NCBI GenBank assembly: GCA_043228905.1
Contig: JBHGNT010000005.1
Location: forward strand, 22,010,001-22,074,000
Length of the DNA: 64,000 nt
From: Azolla caroliniana
Taxonomy: Eukaryota; Plantae; Polypodiophyta
Reading direction: 5' to 3'
Of the stretch, positions 26,901-39,007 are shown piece after piece. Position 1 is the first letter of the stretch; every line of letters starts with the position of its first letter. The position numbers were made by a program, and so were the translations under genes. The notes under the pieces are model-generated. The model did not search any database. It worked only from the letters and a program-made list of their open reading frames with translations, and was not told the DNA's origin.

Positions 26901-29900
26901 AGTTGGAGATCAATAGGACAGTCGTACGGCCGATGCTTTGGAAGAACACTAGCTTTGACTTTGTCGAAAACATCAGCATAGTCTTGATATTTTTTGGGAA
27001 TTTGGATGTCTGAATTCCCTTGAGTGACACTAGAAGGTGTCACTGATACTGCAAATAAGAAAAGGTCCTCCTTGCCTCCCACTTGGTGCAATTGTTGCAA
27101 TGTGATGGCTGAAATTTTATGAGAAGGATATGGTGCATCGGTAGAGCTATATACTTTGGGAGGATAATCCCAAGTTCGATCCTTGACAATGATATTTTCT
27201 GCTAAGGGCACCTAATTTCTCGCTTCCTCCAATCGATTCTAGGGTTATGTAGCTCGAACCATGGCAAACCGAGGACAATTGGATGCTCAGGACTACTGAT
27301 TATGTTAAAGGAAACTACACATCCCAAATCACCCAAGAGTATGTGTATTGGCTCAAACTCTTCAAATATCTTCCCGAAAGCTATGGGGCGTCCATCAATC
27401 ACTACTACGGAAACTGGACAAGGAAGTGTATGCAAGGATATTTGGTGTTTTTGGGCAAAATCTCTATCCATGAAACAAGAATTGGCTCCAGTATCTAAGA
27501 GGGCTTGGACTTGAAGTTGACAACTGGGTGTCCTAACTTGTACTAGGGCTGAGAAGACTCTACTAACATGCTTGGAAGAAATGGAACCCACACTAGGTTG
27601 TACATATCTAGGGTTGTCCAACCAAATGGCTCCTATTTTGGCCGGACTTATTCGTTTGACTCCTCTTCTAATTGGCTTAGGACTTCAAATTTATTGGACA
27701 AGGGTGGATTATTCATAATATTAGATTCACTAACTACTTCTAAAATGTTGGACTCATTTTTATTGTCATAGTGAATTTGATTTACCAGTCTTTAGCTCTC
27801 ATTACATATCTTGTATCCATTCTCTTTCTTTCTCTATCTTATACATACATTCTTCTCTATCCTTCTTCCATCACTCTATCTTTTATCCTTGGTTCTGACA
27901 GTTTGATTCGAATTGATTTGAGAATACATGTATGCGCTTATTTATAGGTTCCTATAGAATAGCTTAGAGATTTCTAGAATGTTCTAGAATGTTCTAGACC
28001 TAGAATGCTCTAGGACATTCTAGAATAATCTAGAGTTTTTACAATAATCAATGTAATACAAGAAATAGCTTTTATTGTTTCATAAAACAATAAGCTATCT
28101 TAATGGTTGAGGTTTTCAAGTATGAATTACAAGGTTCGAGGTTCAAGTCCGAGTGACGCCATAATGGTCATGTGTTCATGACAGTTGATAGTTGACAAAA
28201 CAACGTAGATATTGTTCGACTGTTTGGTTGGTGCGCTCACTCTGCCCATTAGTCTCTGGATGGTAGCCGGAAGAGAGTTTATAAGAAGTATGTAAGAGTT
28301 TGAACATGTGCCGCCAAAATTTCGAGATGAATTTGGGACCCCGATCACTGATAATATCATCTGGAAGACCATGATGGCGAAACACCTCCCGCATGAGTAA
28401 ATCGGCTGTCTCTTTACTAGTAATGGTCTTCGTGCATGGAAGGAAATGCGCCATCTTCGTAAAACGATCGACTACCGTGAGAATAGAATCAAATCCCTTG
28501 GAAGGTGGAAGATCTGTAATAAAGTCCAAGGAAATAGATTTCCATGGGCTCTCCCGAATAGGCATTGGCTGTAATAGGCCATATGGATGATGTCAAGGCT
28601 TTTTTGATCGGCAACATGTATCACAACTATGAACATAATCCGTAACAAAATGGCGAAGCCGTGGCCACCAATATTGGCGAGAAATCAACTCAAAAGTCTT
28701 GTGGATGCCGAAATGTTCAGCCATTGGCGTGTCATGACATTGTTGCACGACTTTGAGTCGAGAAGGACTGTCAGGCACATACAAGAGAGTTTGTCGAAAA
28801 AGCAAACCATCATGCCAATTGAACTGGGTGTACTCTAGACGAGGATTTTTAGATTGAGAGCTGGAAGCACGATGTGGGATAATATGACTCAAAACCTCTT
28901 GGGCGAATGCATCTGTCGCAATCTGCTCCCGAATGGAATCAAGAAGCCTCGAATCTCTTGGTGTGTTGATAGTATGTATTGCCATTACTCGTAGACGATC
29001 AGGACCTAAGAGGACTTGCTTTTGACTTTCAAATGCGGCCTCTCCTGGTTGAAGTTCCGTATACGAACGTCGAGATAAAGCATCTGCTTTTCCTTGTTGC
29101 ATCCCTGGGCGATATAGAATTACAAAATCAAAACGAGTTAAGAACTGCGCCCAACGAGCTTGTCGACGATTCAAGACTCGAGCACTTTGGAAGTATGTTA
29201 GATTTTTGTGATCATTGAAGACAATAATCTGTTGAGAAGAACCCTCCAAAAAATGACACCATTGTTGAAAAGAGTCCACAATGGCAAGAAGCTCTTTGTC
29301 GTGAATCTCATAGTTGATTTCTGTGGCTTCAAATTTCCGTGAGTGAAAAGCCACAGGGTGTAGTTCGCCATCTTCACCAATCTGGGATAGTACGCTTCCG
29401 AGTGCGAAATCAGATGCATCAGCTTCAAGTATAAAGCGCCTCATTGGATCGACATGCATTAAAATTGGTGCAGATGTAAACACTTGCTTTAAACCCTCAA
29501 ATGCAGAGTTCGCATCTATACCCCATACAAATGGTTGATTCTTGCGCGTTAGTTGAGTGAGGGGCAATACAATCTTTGAATAATCTTTGATGAACTTGCG
29601 ATAAAAGTTTGCGAACCCCATAAAACATTGTACATCTCGCACAGACTGTGGTGTTTGCCAATCCAAAATTGTTTGAACCTTTGATGGATCCATAGAGATG
29701 CCATTTGAAGAGACTATGTACCCCAAAAATTCCACTTAACACTGGTCGAAACTACACTTCTCCAATTTTGCATAGAGACCATACTCTCGTAACCGTTGCA
29801 AAACTTGGCGAACATGTATCTCATGCTCCTCTTGAGTTTTTGAGTAGATCAAGATATCATCCAAGTAAACTATGATGAAGATATCGAGGAAGTCTTGAAA

Positions 29901-31347
29901 AATGTCATTCGCCATATGTTGGAAAACTGCTGGTGCATTCGTGAGACCAAATGGCATCACTGTATATTCAAAATGACCATAGCGAGTGCGGAATGCGGTC
30001 TTCCATTCATCCCCAGGATGAATTCGAACAAGGTTGTAGGCACCTCGAAGATCTAACTTCGTGAAATACTTTGCTCCACTAAGGCGTTCTAGAAGGCTTG
30101 AGATAAATGGTAGAGCATATCGATTTCTAATAGTTACTTTATTCAAGCCCCGATAATCCACGACCATACGAAGCGTACCATCTTTCTTCTTAACAAAAAG
30201 ATGGGTGCAGCAGCAGGAGATCTTGAATGTTGGATAAAACCATTTGCCAGGTTCTCATCTATATATTCTCGAAGAACCTCTAACTCTGTGGGCTCTTTTC
30301 TTGCTGCAAATCGATTGGGCAATCATAGGGTCGATGCTCTGGTAATCTATTAGCCTTCACCTTATCGAACACATCGGAGAATTCTATGTACTTCTTTGGT
30401 AAATGGACCCCCAATTCTTGTGAGCTAGATGAGGGAGTTGCTAAAACCGCAAACACCATCATGTCTTCCTTCCTTCCATCCTCTCGTAACTGATGTATAG
30501 AGATTGTTGAAATCATGTGGGATCCTAGATCCTTTGTTGGAGTTTCAAGAGACTCGGACTGTACTATGACCTCTTCAATAGTTCTTTTTCTCCAATCAAT
30601 AGTTGGGTTATGTAACTCAAACCAAGGAAGACCAAGAACTAGAGAGTGCTCTGGACTACTAATGATGTTGAATGAGATGATACTAGCCAAATTACCTAGG
30701 ACTACATGAATTGATTCAGACTCTTTGACTATATCACCTGATGCTATAGGGCGACCATCAATGACTCCTACAGCTACTGGGTTCGGGAGCTTGTTCAAGA
30801 TGATGTTTTGGGTCAATGCAAACTCGCGATCCATGAAACAAGAATTGGCTCTAGAATCTAGGAGGGCAGAGGCTAGGACTCGATGACCTATAAATGTGCT
30901 AAGCTTGACTTGTGCAAAAAAACCTCTACTAACTTGATTTGATGAAATGGAACCACAACTAGGTACAGACTCTACATATCTAGGATGGTCCAACCAAATG
31001 GTTCCTATTTTGGCCGGACTTATTCGTTTAACACATCCTCTAATTCGCTCAAGACATCAAATCTATTCTCATGGCATGGGTTATTAGGCTTAGTAGTTAA
31101 GTTATTAGAAGTGATAGTAGAACTCATGGTAGGGTTATCATGTGCACTTACTTGGTAAACTTGTCATCGGGGTTTATGTGAACAATTCACAGCAATATGT
31201 CTTGGACCGCCACAATAGAGGCATAACTAGAAACATAATTATTACAATCACACAACATATATGTTATTACAATGGTTAAGGGTTCAACACATAGACTAAG
31301 AAGTCGTGGGTTCGATTATTGATAACCAAAATGTTGTCTTCATGATA
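23797..31347 (-). mobile_element. Element D: Tcn1-like chromovirus inserted in E RT; 3' LTR 23797-24279, 5' LTR remnant ~31224-31347, most of gag deleted
   Basis: TSD GCCGC (23792-23796, 31348-31352); PR 30280..30993, RT 29736..30167, RH 28593..29735, INT 28176..28565 continuing at 24293..25321 with chromodomain. Confidence 0.93.
25338..28183 (-). mobile_element. Element C: internally deleted Tcn1-like chromovirus inserted in D integrase; 3' LTR 25338-25746, rearranged 5' LTR ~27784-28183
   Basis: TSD GTTGA (25333-25337, 28184-28188); PR (LLDTGAN) 27202..27621, RT N-part jumping to INT C-part near 26465, chromodomain 25731..26360. Confidence 0.93.
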
Positions 31348-31609
31348 GCCGCTATACTCAACACCGTCCGGATAGAGGTCATCTTTACTACCGGGGAAAA
31401 TATCTCGTCGAAGTCCACGCCCTTCTTCTGCTGGAACCCCTTCACCACAATCCTGGCTTTGTATCTCGGGGGTTTTCCGGCATCTCTCGGTTTCAACTTG
31501 TACACCCACTTGTTTCGGAGTGCCCGCTTTCCTTTCGACAACTCCACCAATTCGTACGTATGGTTCTCATGCAGGGAATCCATCTCATCCTGCATGACAC
31601 TTAACCATT

Positions 31610-34600
31610 TGTTAGGAAACAGGTCCCTCAGGATGGTGAAGACTCGGTGAGAACCGGATGAAGAGTGCCCGGCTACGGAGAGCCGGATGGTGCAGACCTA
31701 GTGAGAACCGGATGAAGAGTACCCGGCTAAAGAGAATCGGATGATGAAGACCCGGTTAGAACCGGATGAAGAGTACCCGGCTAAAGAGAACCGGATGATG
31801 AAGACCCGGTTAGAACCGGATGAAGAGTACCCGGCTACAGAGAACCGGATGATGAAGACCCGATTAGAACCGGATGAGGAGTACCCGGCTACGGATGACC
31901 CGGTGAGAACCGGATGACGAGTACCCGGCAAGCGCCGGATGATGCAGGCCCGGTGAAGAGTGGTCACCAGATGAAGGGACATATTCGTAAATATGTCTCT
32001 GAGAGTCCATCGAGGCTATATTTGTAAATAGCCGAAAAGTCATTTTAGTATAAATATGACTTAGGGCAAACTGTTGGTGTGTGTGTGTTGTTGTTGTTAT
32101 TGTTGGCGCAAGATTAGAGCGCGCAACTATGTACAAAGAGAGTGAGAGAGAGGAAGAGGTCGTTGCCTCTGCTGTAACTGCCGCTTGTGGCGAAGATAGA
32201 AAGCTCAAGGTCATTGCCTCGGTGCTTTACCATTTTGTACATTCTGACATAGTGATAGTTTGCAGTTTGTGGGCTGTTGTGGTTTTTTCCCGTATTTGGG
32301 TTTTCCACGTAAACATCCTGTGTACTCTTCTCCTCACTGTGTCGTACCTTCTTTCCCGTTTTTTTTTTTGTGTTTTATGATTCTAAGCTCGTTTGTGGCC
32401 GAGCGTTGTTCATCGGGAGCGTGTGTTCCTATCAAAGTGGTATTAGAGCAAAACGACAAAGAAAATGGACGATTCGTTGGGAGGCATGTTCAAGCTCACC
32501 GGCTCCAACTATTCGGTGTGGAAGTCGAAGATGAGGGACATGCTCGTGGTTAAAGATCTTTGGTTGCCGGTTCAGTTCGGGGACAAGAGACCCGACAAAA
32601 TCGACGCCACGATATGGGAGGTGATGCACATGAAGACAACGGCGTATATACGGTGCTTCATCGACATGAGCCTATACAACAACTTCAATGAAGAGAGCAA
32701 GGCTCATGAGCTCTGTGAGAAGATTGGCATTATGTTTCAAAACAAAAATGTTGTTAACCAGGTTTCGGTATTCCGGAAGCTAGTAAGACTCCGGTACCAA
32801 GATGGCTCCAGCATGGCGGAGCACATGAATGCCTTCCAGGGGCTGATCCACCAGGCAACATCATTGGAAGTACCTCTTGCCGATGAGGTACTAGCGCTAC
32901 TCCTGCTCGGTTCCCTCCCGGATAGCTGGTAGACGTTGGTTGTCACCTTGGGCAACCCCGGGCCGGAAGGGAAACGGTTATCCCTAGCAAGAGTAAAGTC
33001 GAGCTTGCTAGATGAGGAGGCACGTCGGAAAGATAAGGATACGAGCTCCGACTCCAAAGCGCTCCTTACCGAATCGAAACGCGGAAGACAAAGGAACCGT
33101 AGTCCCCAGAACCGGGAGAAGTCGGGGACACAGTCAAAGTCAAGGGGGAGGCCTACTTGTTTCTATTGCGGCAAGCCGGGACACTTCCAGAAGAACTGTC
33201 GGCATTTCCGAAAAGACAAGGAAACCGACGGTACCGATTCGAAGCGAACACTGGACCGGAACGGTAAAGACCGGAGGGGGCCGGACCGGAAGGGAACGAC
33301 GGCAATTGCGGCAAGTGAAGAAGAGTTGATGCTCATCACCGAGGAGAGTGAGATAAACATTGTCGGCGACGAGATGACCTAGGTGGTCGACTCCGGAGCG
33401 TCGTTCCACCTTACCTCGGATCGGAAATGCTTCTCATCCTACTCAGCTGGTGATCATGGCTATGTCCGGAGGGGGAATGAAGTTACATGCCGGATTGTCG
33501 GCATAGGAGACGTGTGGCTGACAACACCAACCGGATGCAAGATGCTGCTAAAGGATGTCTGACACGTTTCGGACGTTCGTCTGAACCTGATATCAGCCGG
33601 TCGGCTAGATGATGAAGGCTACACGGGTAGCATCCGGAACGGTGTTATGAAGTTCAGCAAAGGGAGCCCGATTGTGGCTCGGGCCCGGAAGGTAAACACG
33701 TTGTACCTGTTGAATGCCCGGTTATGTCCGGAGGAAGTGAACGTGGCATCCGACACTGCCGGTGAGTTGTGGCACAAGAGGTTGTGTCACATGAGCGAGT
33801 AGGGGATGAAGAGGCTTGCAGACGACAATCTCATTCCAGTGAAGAATGTGCACTTGGAGAAGTGCACTGATTGTCTTGCCGAAAAGCAAAACCGGACCTC
33901 CTTCCGACCAAGACCACCAATGAGACGTAATGCACCACTGGAGTTGGTGCATACTGATGTGTGCCAAGTGGACACGAAGTCACATGCAGGATCGCAGTAC
34001 TTCGTGACGTTCATAGACGACCACAACCAGGGCTCGTGGCTGAAAACCATACATCAACATAAAAGGACTATATCCAGTCGACGTATGCTTGGAGCTGTTA
34101 TAAGCAAACTCCAAAATGGTGCCCGGCTACGGAGAGCCGAATGGTGCAGACCCGGTGAGAACCGGATGAAGAGTACCCGGCTACAGAGAACCGGATGATG
34201 AAGACCCGGTTAGAACCGGATAAAGAGTACCCGGCTACAGAGAACCGGATGAGGAAGACCCGGTTAGAACCGGATGAGGAGTACCCGGCTACGGATGACC
34301 CGGTGAGAACCGGATGACGAGTACCCGGCAAGCGCCAGATGATGCATGCCTGGTGAAGAGTGCTCACTGGATGAAGGGACATATTCGTAAATATGTCTCT
34401 GAGAGTCCATCGGGGCTATATTTGTATATAGCCGAAAAGTCATTTTAGTATAAATATGACTTAGGGCAAACTGTTGGTGTGTGTGTGATGTTGTTGTTAT
34501 TGTTGGCGCAAGATTAGAGCGCGCAACTGTGTACAGAGAGAGTGAGAGAGAGGAAGAGGTCATTGCCTCTGTTGTAACCGCCGCCTGTGGCAAAGATAGA

Positions 34601-34835
34601 AAGCTTGAGGTCGTTGCCTCGGTGCTTTACCATTTTGTACATTCTGACATAGTGATAGTTTGCAGTCTATGGGCTGTCGTGGTTTTTTCCCGTATTTGGG
34701 TTTTCCACGTAAACATCCTGTGTACTCTTCTCCTCACTATGTCGTACCTTCTTTCCCGTTTTTTTTTTTTGTGTTTTATGATTCTAAGCTCGGTTGTGGT
34801 CGAGCGTTGTTCATCGGGAGCGTGTGTTCCTATCA
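31610..34835 (+). mobile_element. Element F: internally deleted copia inserted in E; 5' LTR 31610-32434, 3' LTR ~34119-34835
   Basis: TSD CCATT (31605-31609, 34836-34840); PBS TGGTATTAGAGC after 32434; gag, zinc knuckle, PR (VDSGAS) and INT N-term at 32465-34029; RT/RH missing. Confidence 0.94.
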
Positions 34836-34840
34836 CCATT

Positions 34841-37356
34841 TTCAGCTGTGGGTGTCATCCTTCGCTTCTTTGAAGCTTTCTGGCTCACCCTCATCGGTTA
34901 ACAGCACATGCTCTACATCCAGAAATCTCCAGGGGGACCTTCTCTCTCTGAGAGGATATCTCTGTCTCTAGGCTTCGGTAACCGGCTCCTCTATTTGCTC
35001 TTCGTCCGAATCCGATTCCGGTTCCGGTTCCGGTTTCAGAATCCTCTACCCCTTCTTCTGCTGGTTCGGTATCCTCACAATAAACGGTTGGTTCCTCAAG
35101 TGTTAACCAATCTCTTGCCAGTTGGGTCTGCTCATCGTAGAATCGATCCTTACCGATCGACTCGGAGTTCATTATCTTCTTCTCCGACTCCCAGTCGGTG
35201 AGCGTCTTGTCCTCCATGAAGATAATATCTCGACTCCGGAATACCTTCCTGTCGACCAGGCCCCACACTCGGTAGCCAAACTCATCGTCGCCGTAACTGA
35301 GGAATATGCATGGCTGGGTCTTTGGATCTAACTTTCCTCTCCGGTCCTTAGCTACATGCACGTACCCAAGACACCCTGACACCTTCAAATGCCGTTAGGA
35401 CACTTCCTTACCGGTCCACACTCTTTGTGGTGTGTCTCCGTCCAAGGGTACTGAGGGTGATCTGTTTATCACATATGTCGTCATGGACAGTGCCTCAGCC
35501 CAAAACTTCTTGGGTAGTTTTGCATGTGCCAGCATACTCCGGACCCTCTCCATTATGGTTCGGTTCATCCTCTCGGCCAACCCGTTTAGTTCCGGCGTCT
35601 TCGGCACGGTAAATTCGAGCCGGATTCCCTTCGAGCGACAATACTCCTCGAACTGCCCCCGGTATTCACCTTTGTTATCTGCTCGAACCGCCTTTAGCTT
35701 CTGGCCGGTTTTTCTTTCCACTCTCACGTGGAGCTCTTTGAAGACGGATAGCACCTGATTCTTCATCTTCAACGGTGTGGCCCGCAGCTTCCGGTTGTGG
35801 TCGTCTATGAACGTCACGAAGTACTGCGATCCTGCATGTGACTTCGTGTCCACATGGCACACATCAGTATGCACCAACTCCAGTGGTGCATTACGTCTCA
35901 TCGGTGGCCTTGGTTGGAAGGAGGTCCGGTTTTGCTTACCGGCCAGACAATCAGTGCACTTCTCCAAGTGCACGTTCTTCACTGGAATGAGGTTGTCTTC
36001 TACAAGCCTCTTCATCCCCTTCTCGCTCATGTGACACAATCTCTTGTGCCACAACTCACCGGTAGTGTCGGATGCTACGTTCACTTCTTCCAGGCATAAC
36101 GGGGCATTCATCAGGTACAACGTGTTGACCTTCCAGGCCCGAGTCACAATCAGGCTCCCTTTGCTGAACTTCATAACACCGTTCCGGATGCTACCCGTGT
36201 AGCCTTCATCATCTAGCCGATCGTCTGATATCAGGTTCAGACGAACCTTCGGAACGTGTCGGACATCCTTTAGCAGCAGCTTGCATCCAGTTGGTGTTGT
36301 CAGCCACACGTCTCCTATGCCGACAATTCGGCATGTACCTTCATTCCCCCTCCGGACACAGCCGTGATCACCGGTTGAGTAGGATGAGAAGCATTTCCAG
36401 TCCGGGGTAAGGTGGAACGACGCTCCGGAGTCGACCACCCAGGTCATCTCGTCACCGACAAGATTTATCTCACTCTCCTCGGTGATGAGCATCAACTCTT
36501 CTTCACTTGCCGCGATTGTCGTCGTTCCCTTCCGGTCCGTTCCCCTCCGGTCTTTACCGTTCCGGTCCGGTGTTCGCTTCGAATCGGTACCGTCGGTTTC
36601 CTTGTCTTTTCGGAAATGCCGACAGTTCTTCTGGAAGTGTCCCGGCTTGCCGCAATAGAAGCAAGTAGGCCTCCCCCTTGACTTTGACCGTGTCACCGAC
36701 TTTTCCCGGTTCTGGGAACTACGGTTTCTTTGTCTTCCGCGTTTCGATTTGGTAAGGAGCGCTTTAGAGTTGGAGCTCGTATCCTTATCTTTCTGACGCA
36801 CCTCCTCATCTAGTAAGCTCGACTTCACTCTTGCTAGGGATAACCGTTTCCCTTCCAGCCCGGCGTTGCCCAAAGTGACAACCAACGTCTACCAGCTATC
36901 CGGGAGGGAACCGAGCAGGAGTAGCGCTAGTACCTCATCGGCGAGAGGTACTTCCAATGATGTTGCCTGGTGGATCAGCCCCTGGAAGGCATTCATGTGC
37001 TCCGCCATGCTGGAGCCATCTTGGTACCAGAGTCTTACTAGCTTCTGGAATACCGAAACCTGGTTAACAGCATTTTTGTTCTGAAACATAATGCCGATCT
37101 TCTCCCAGAGCTCATGAGCCTTTCTCTCTTCATTGAAGTTGTTGTATAGACTCACGTCGATGAAGCACCATATGTACGCCGTTGTCTTCATGTGCATCAC
37201 CTCCCATATCGTGGCGTCGATTTTGTCGGGTCTCTTGTCCCCGAACTGAACCGGCAACCAAAGATCTTTAACCACGAGCATGTCCCTCATCTTCGACTTC
37301 CACACCAAATAGTTGGAGCCGGTGAGCTTGAACATGCCTCCCAACGATTCGTCCAT
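34841..37356 (-). pseudogene. Element E gag-protease-integrase
   Basis: ORFs 36889..37356, 35395..36885 (CFYCGKPGHFQKNC, WVVDSGAS, WHKRLCH..C..C, NGLAERMNRT) and 34891..35388. Confidence 0.93.
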
Positions 37357-38064
37357 TTTCTGTGTCGTTTTGCTCTGATACCACTTTGACAGGAACTACA
37401 GGCTCCCGATGAACAACGCTCGTCCACAACCGAGTTTAAAGTCAAATACAGAAAACGGATAATGAACGCACAACACAAAGGAGAGAAGAGTACATAGGAT
37501 GTTTAACATGGAAAACCCTGAGAGGGAAAAACCACAAGAGTTCACAGACTCCAAACTATCACTATATCACAATGATTACAACAGTGAGCTCACGGAGGCA
37601 ACGACCTCGTGCTCACGATCTTCGCCACAGGTGGCGGTTACAACAGAGGCAACGACCTCTTCCTCTCTCTCTCTATATATATATATATACTGTTACGCGC
37701 TCTCTAGTCTCTGCGCCAACAGGAATGACAACAACAACACTAAGTTTGCCCTAAGTCATATTTATACTAATATGACTTTTCGGCTATTTACAAATATAGC
37801 CCCGATGGACTCTCAGAAACATATTTACGAATATGTCCCTTCATCCGGTGAGCACTCCTCACCGGGCCTGCATCATCCGGTGCTTGCCGGGTACTCCTCA
37901 TTTGGTTCTCACCGGGTCTTCCGTAGCCGGGTACTCCTCATCCGGTTCTCACCAGGTCTTTCGTAGCTGGGTACTCCTCATTCGGTTTCGGCCTCGACCG
38001 AGTTTACTCATCAGTACTGTTCTTCTCACTTCCCATCTGGAGGGACCTGTTTCCTAACAGTTAT

Positions 38065-39007
38065 CTAGGACAATCGTAATGGAACGACCATCAATGACTA
38101 CTACAAATGCAGGGCAAGGAAGTTTTCTTAAGGATATCTGAGAAGCTTGGGAAAAATTCTAATCCATGAAACAAGAATTGGCTTCGGAATCTAAAAGTGC
38201 TAAGACATGTACTCGAAGGGTACTTTTAGTACTAATCATGACTTGGGCTAAGAACACATTGTTAACTTGCTTAAAGGGAATGGAACCACTAATGGGTTTC
38301 ACAGATCTAGGGTTGTCCAACCAAACGGCTCCTATTTTGGTTGGACTTAGTCGTTTAACTCTTCCTCTAATTGACTAAGGATTTCAAATTTGTTTGAGAT
38401 ACTTGGGCTATCAGTACTATCAATACTATCAGACACTCCTAAGGGAATTGACTCGGGTTTAGTATAGGCTACAATTTGATTTACCTGTCTTCTTGGCCTA
38501 TGGGGACAGTTGATGCCCTCGTCCACCGCAATAAAGACATAATCGATTTGCAAGTTGTCGTTGCTTTTCTTCTTCCGATAACGGGCCACGTTGATGCATG
38601 GTGTCGATATCCATCGGTGTCGGAATATTTGCCTGAGACACATCTTGTGCAATTGGTTTAGCTACGACCGAGGTTTATGTGGGCTCTGGCCTAGTCTGTG
38701 GCATTTGAAATTGACATTCCGAATGTTGTTCGAAAAGGCGGTTGTTGCATCGGCCCGCTGACTAATTGCCTCTATAAGATATTTTGGTTCTTCAGGAAAG
38801 GTTAAAAGTAAATCTTTGACGTCGTTTCACAGGCCGTAGCGAAACTACTCCATGAGTGCTTGATCATCCTAGGGGATATCTGAGGCGAGTATACGGAAAT
38901 CCGCCGCGTAGGCAGAGGCTAGATGATCGCCTCGACGCAATCGTCGGATTTTGTTGATCGTCGTCCTGATGTTGTCAGTGTCTCCAAAGCAAGCTTTAAA
39001 CTCGCTA
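38065..39007 (-). pseudogene. Element A gag C-terminus and protease N-terminus
   Basis: FISEFKACFGDTD...SAYAADFR, gag end LEEELND*, then protease LLDSEANS; continues leftwards at 21920 across copia E. Confidence 0.85.

Larger units (their letters stand above)
21921..38059 (-). mobile_element. Element E: Ty1/copia retrotransposon inserted in A protease; 3' LTR 21921-22516, 5' LTR 37387-38059
   Basis: TSD GTTAT (21916-21920, 38060-38064); iMet PBS TGGTATCAGAGC at 37372-37383; PPT AGGGGCAG next to 22516. Confidence 0.95.
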
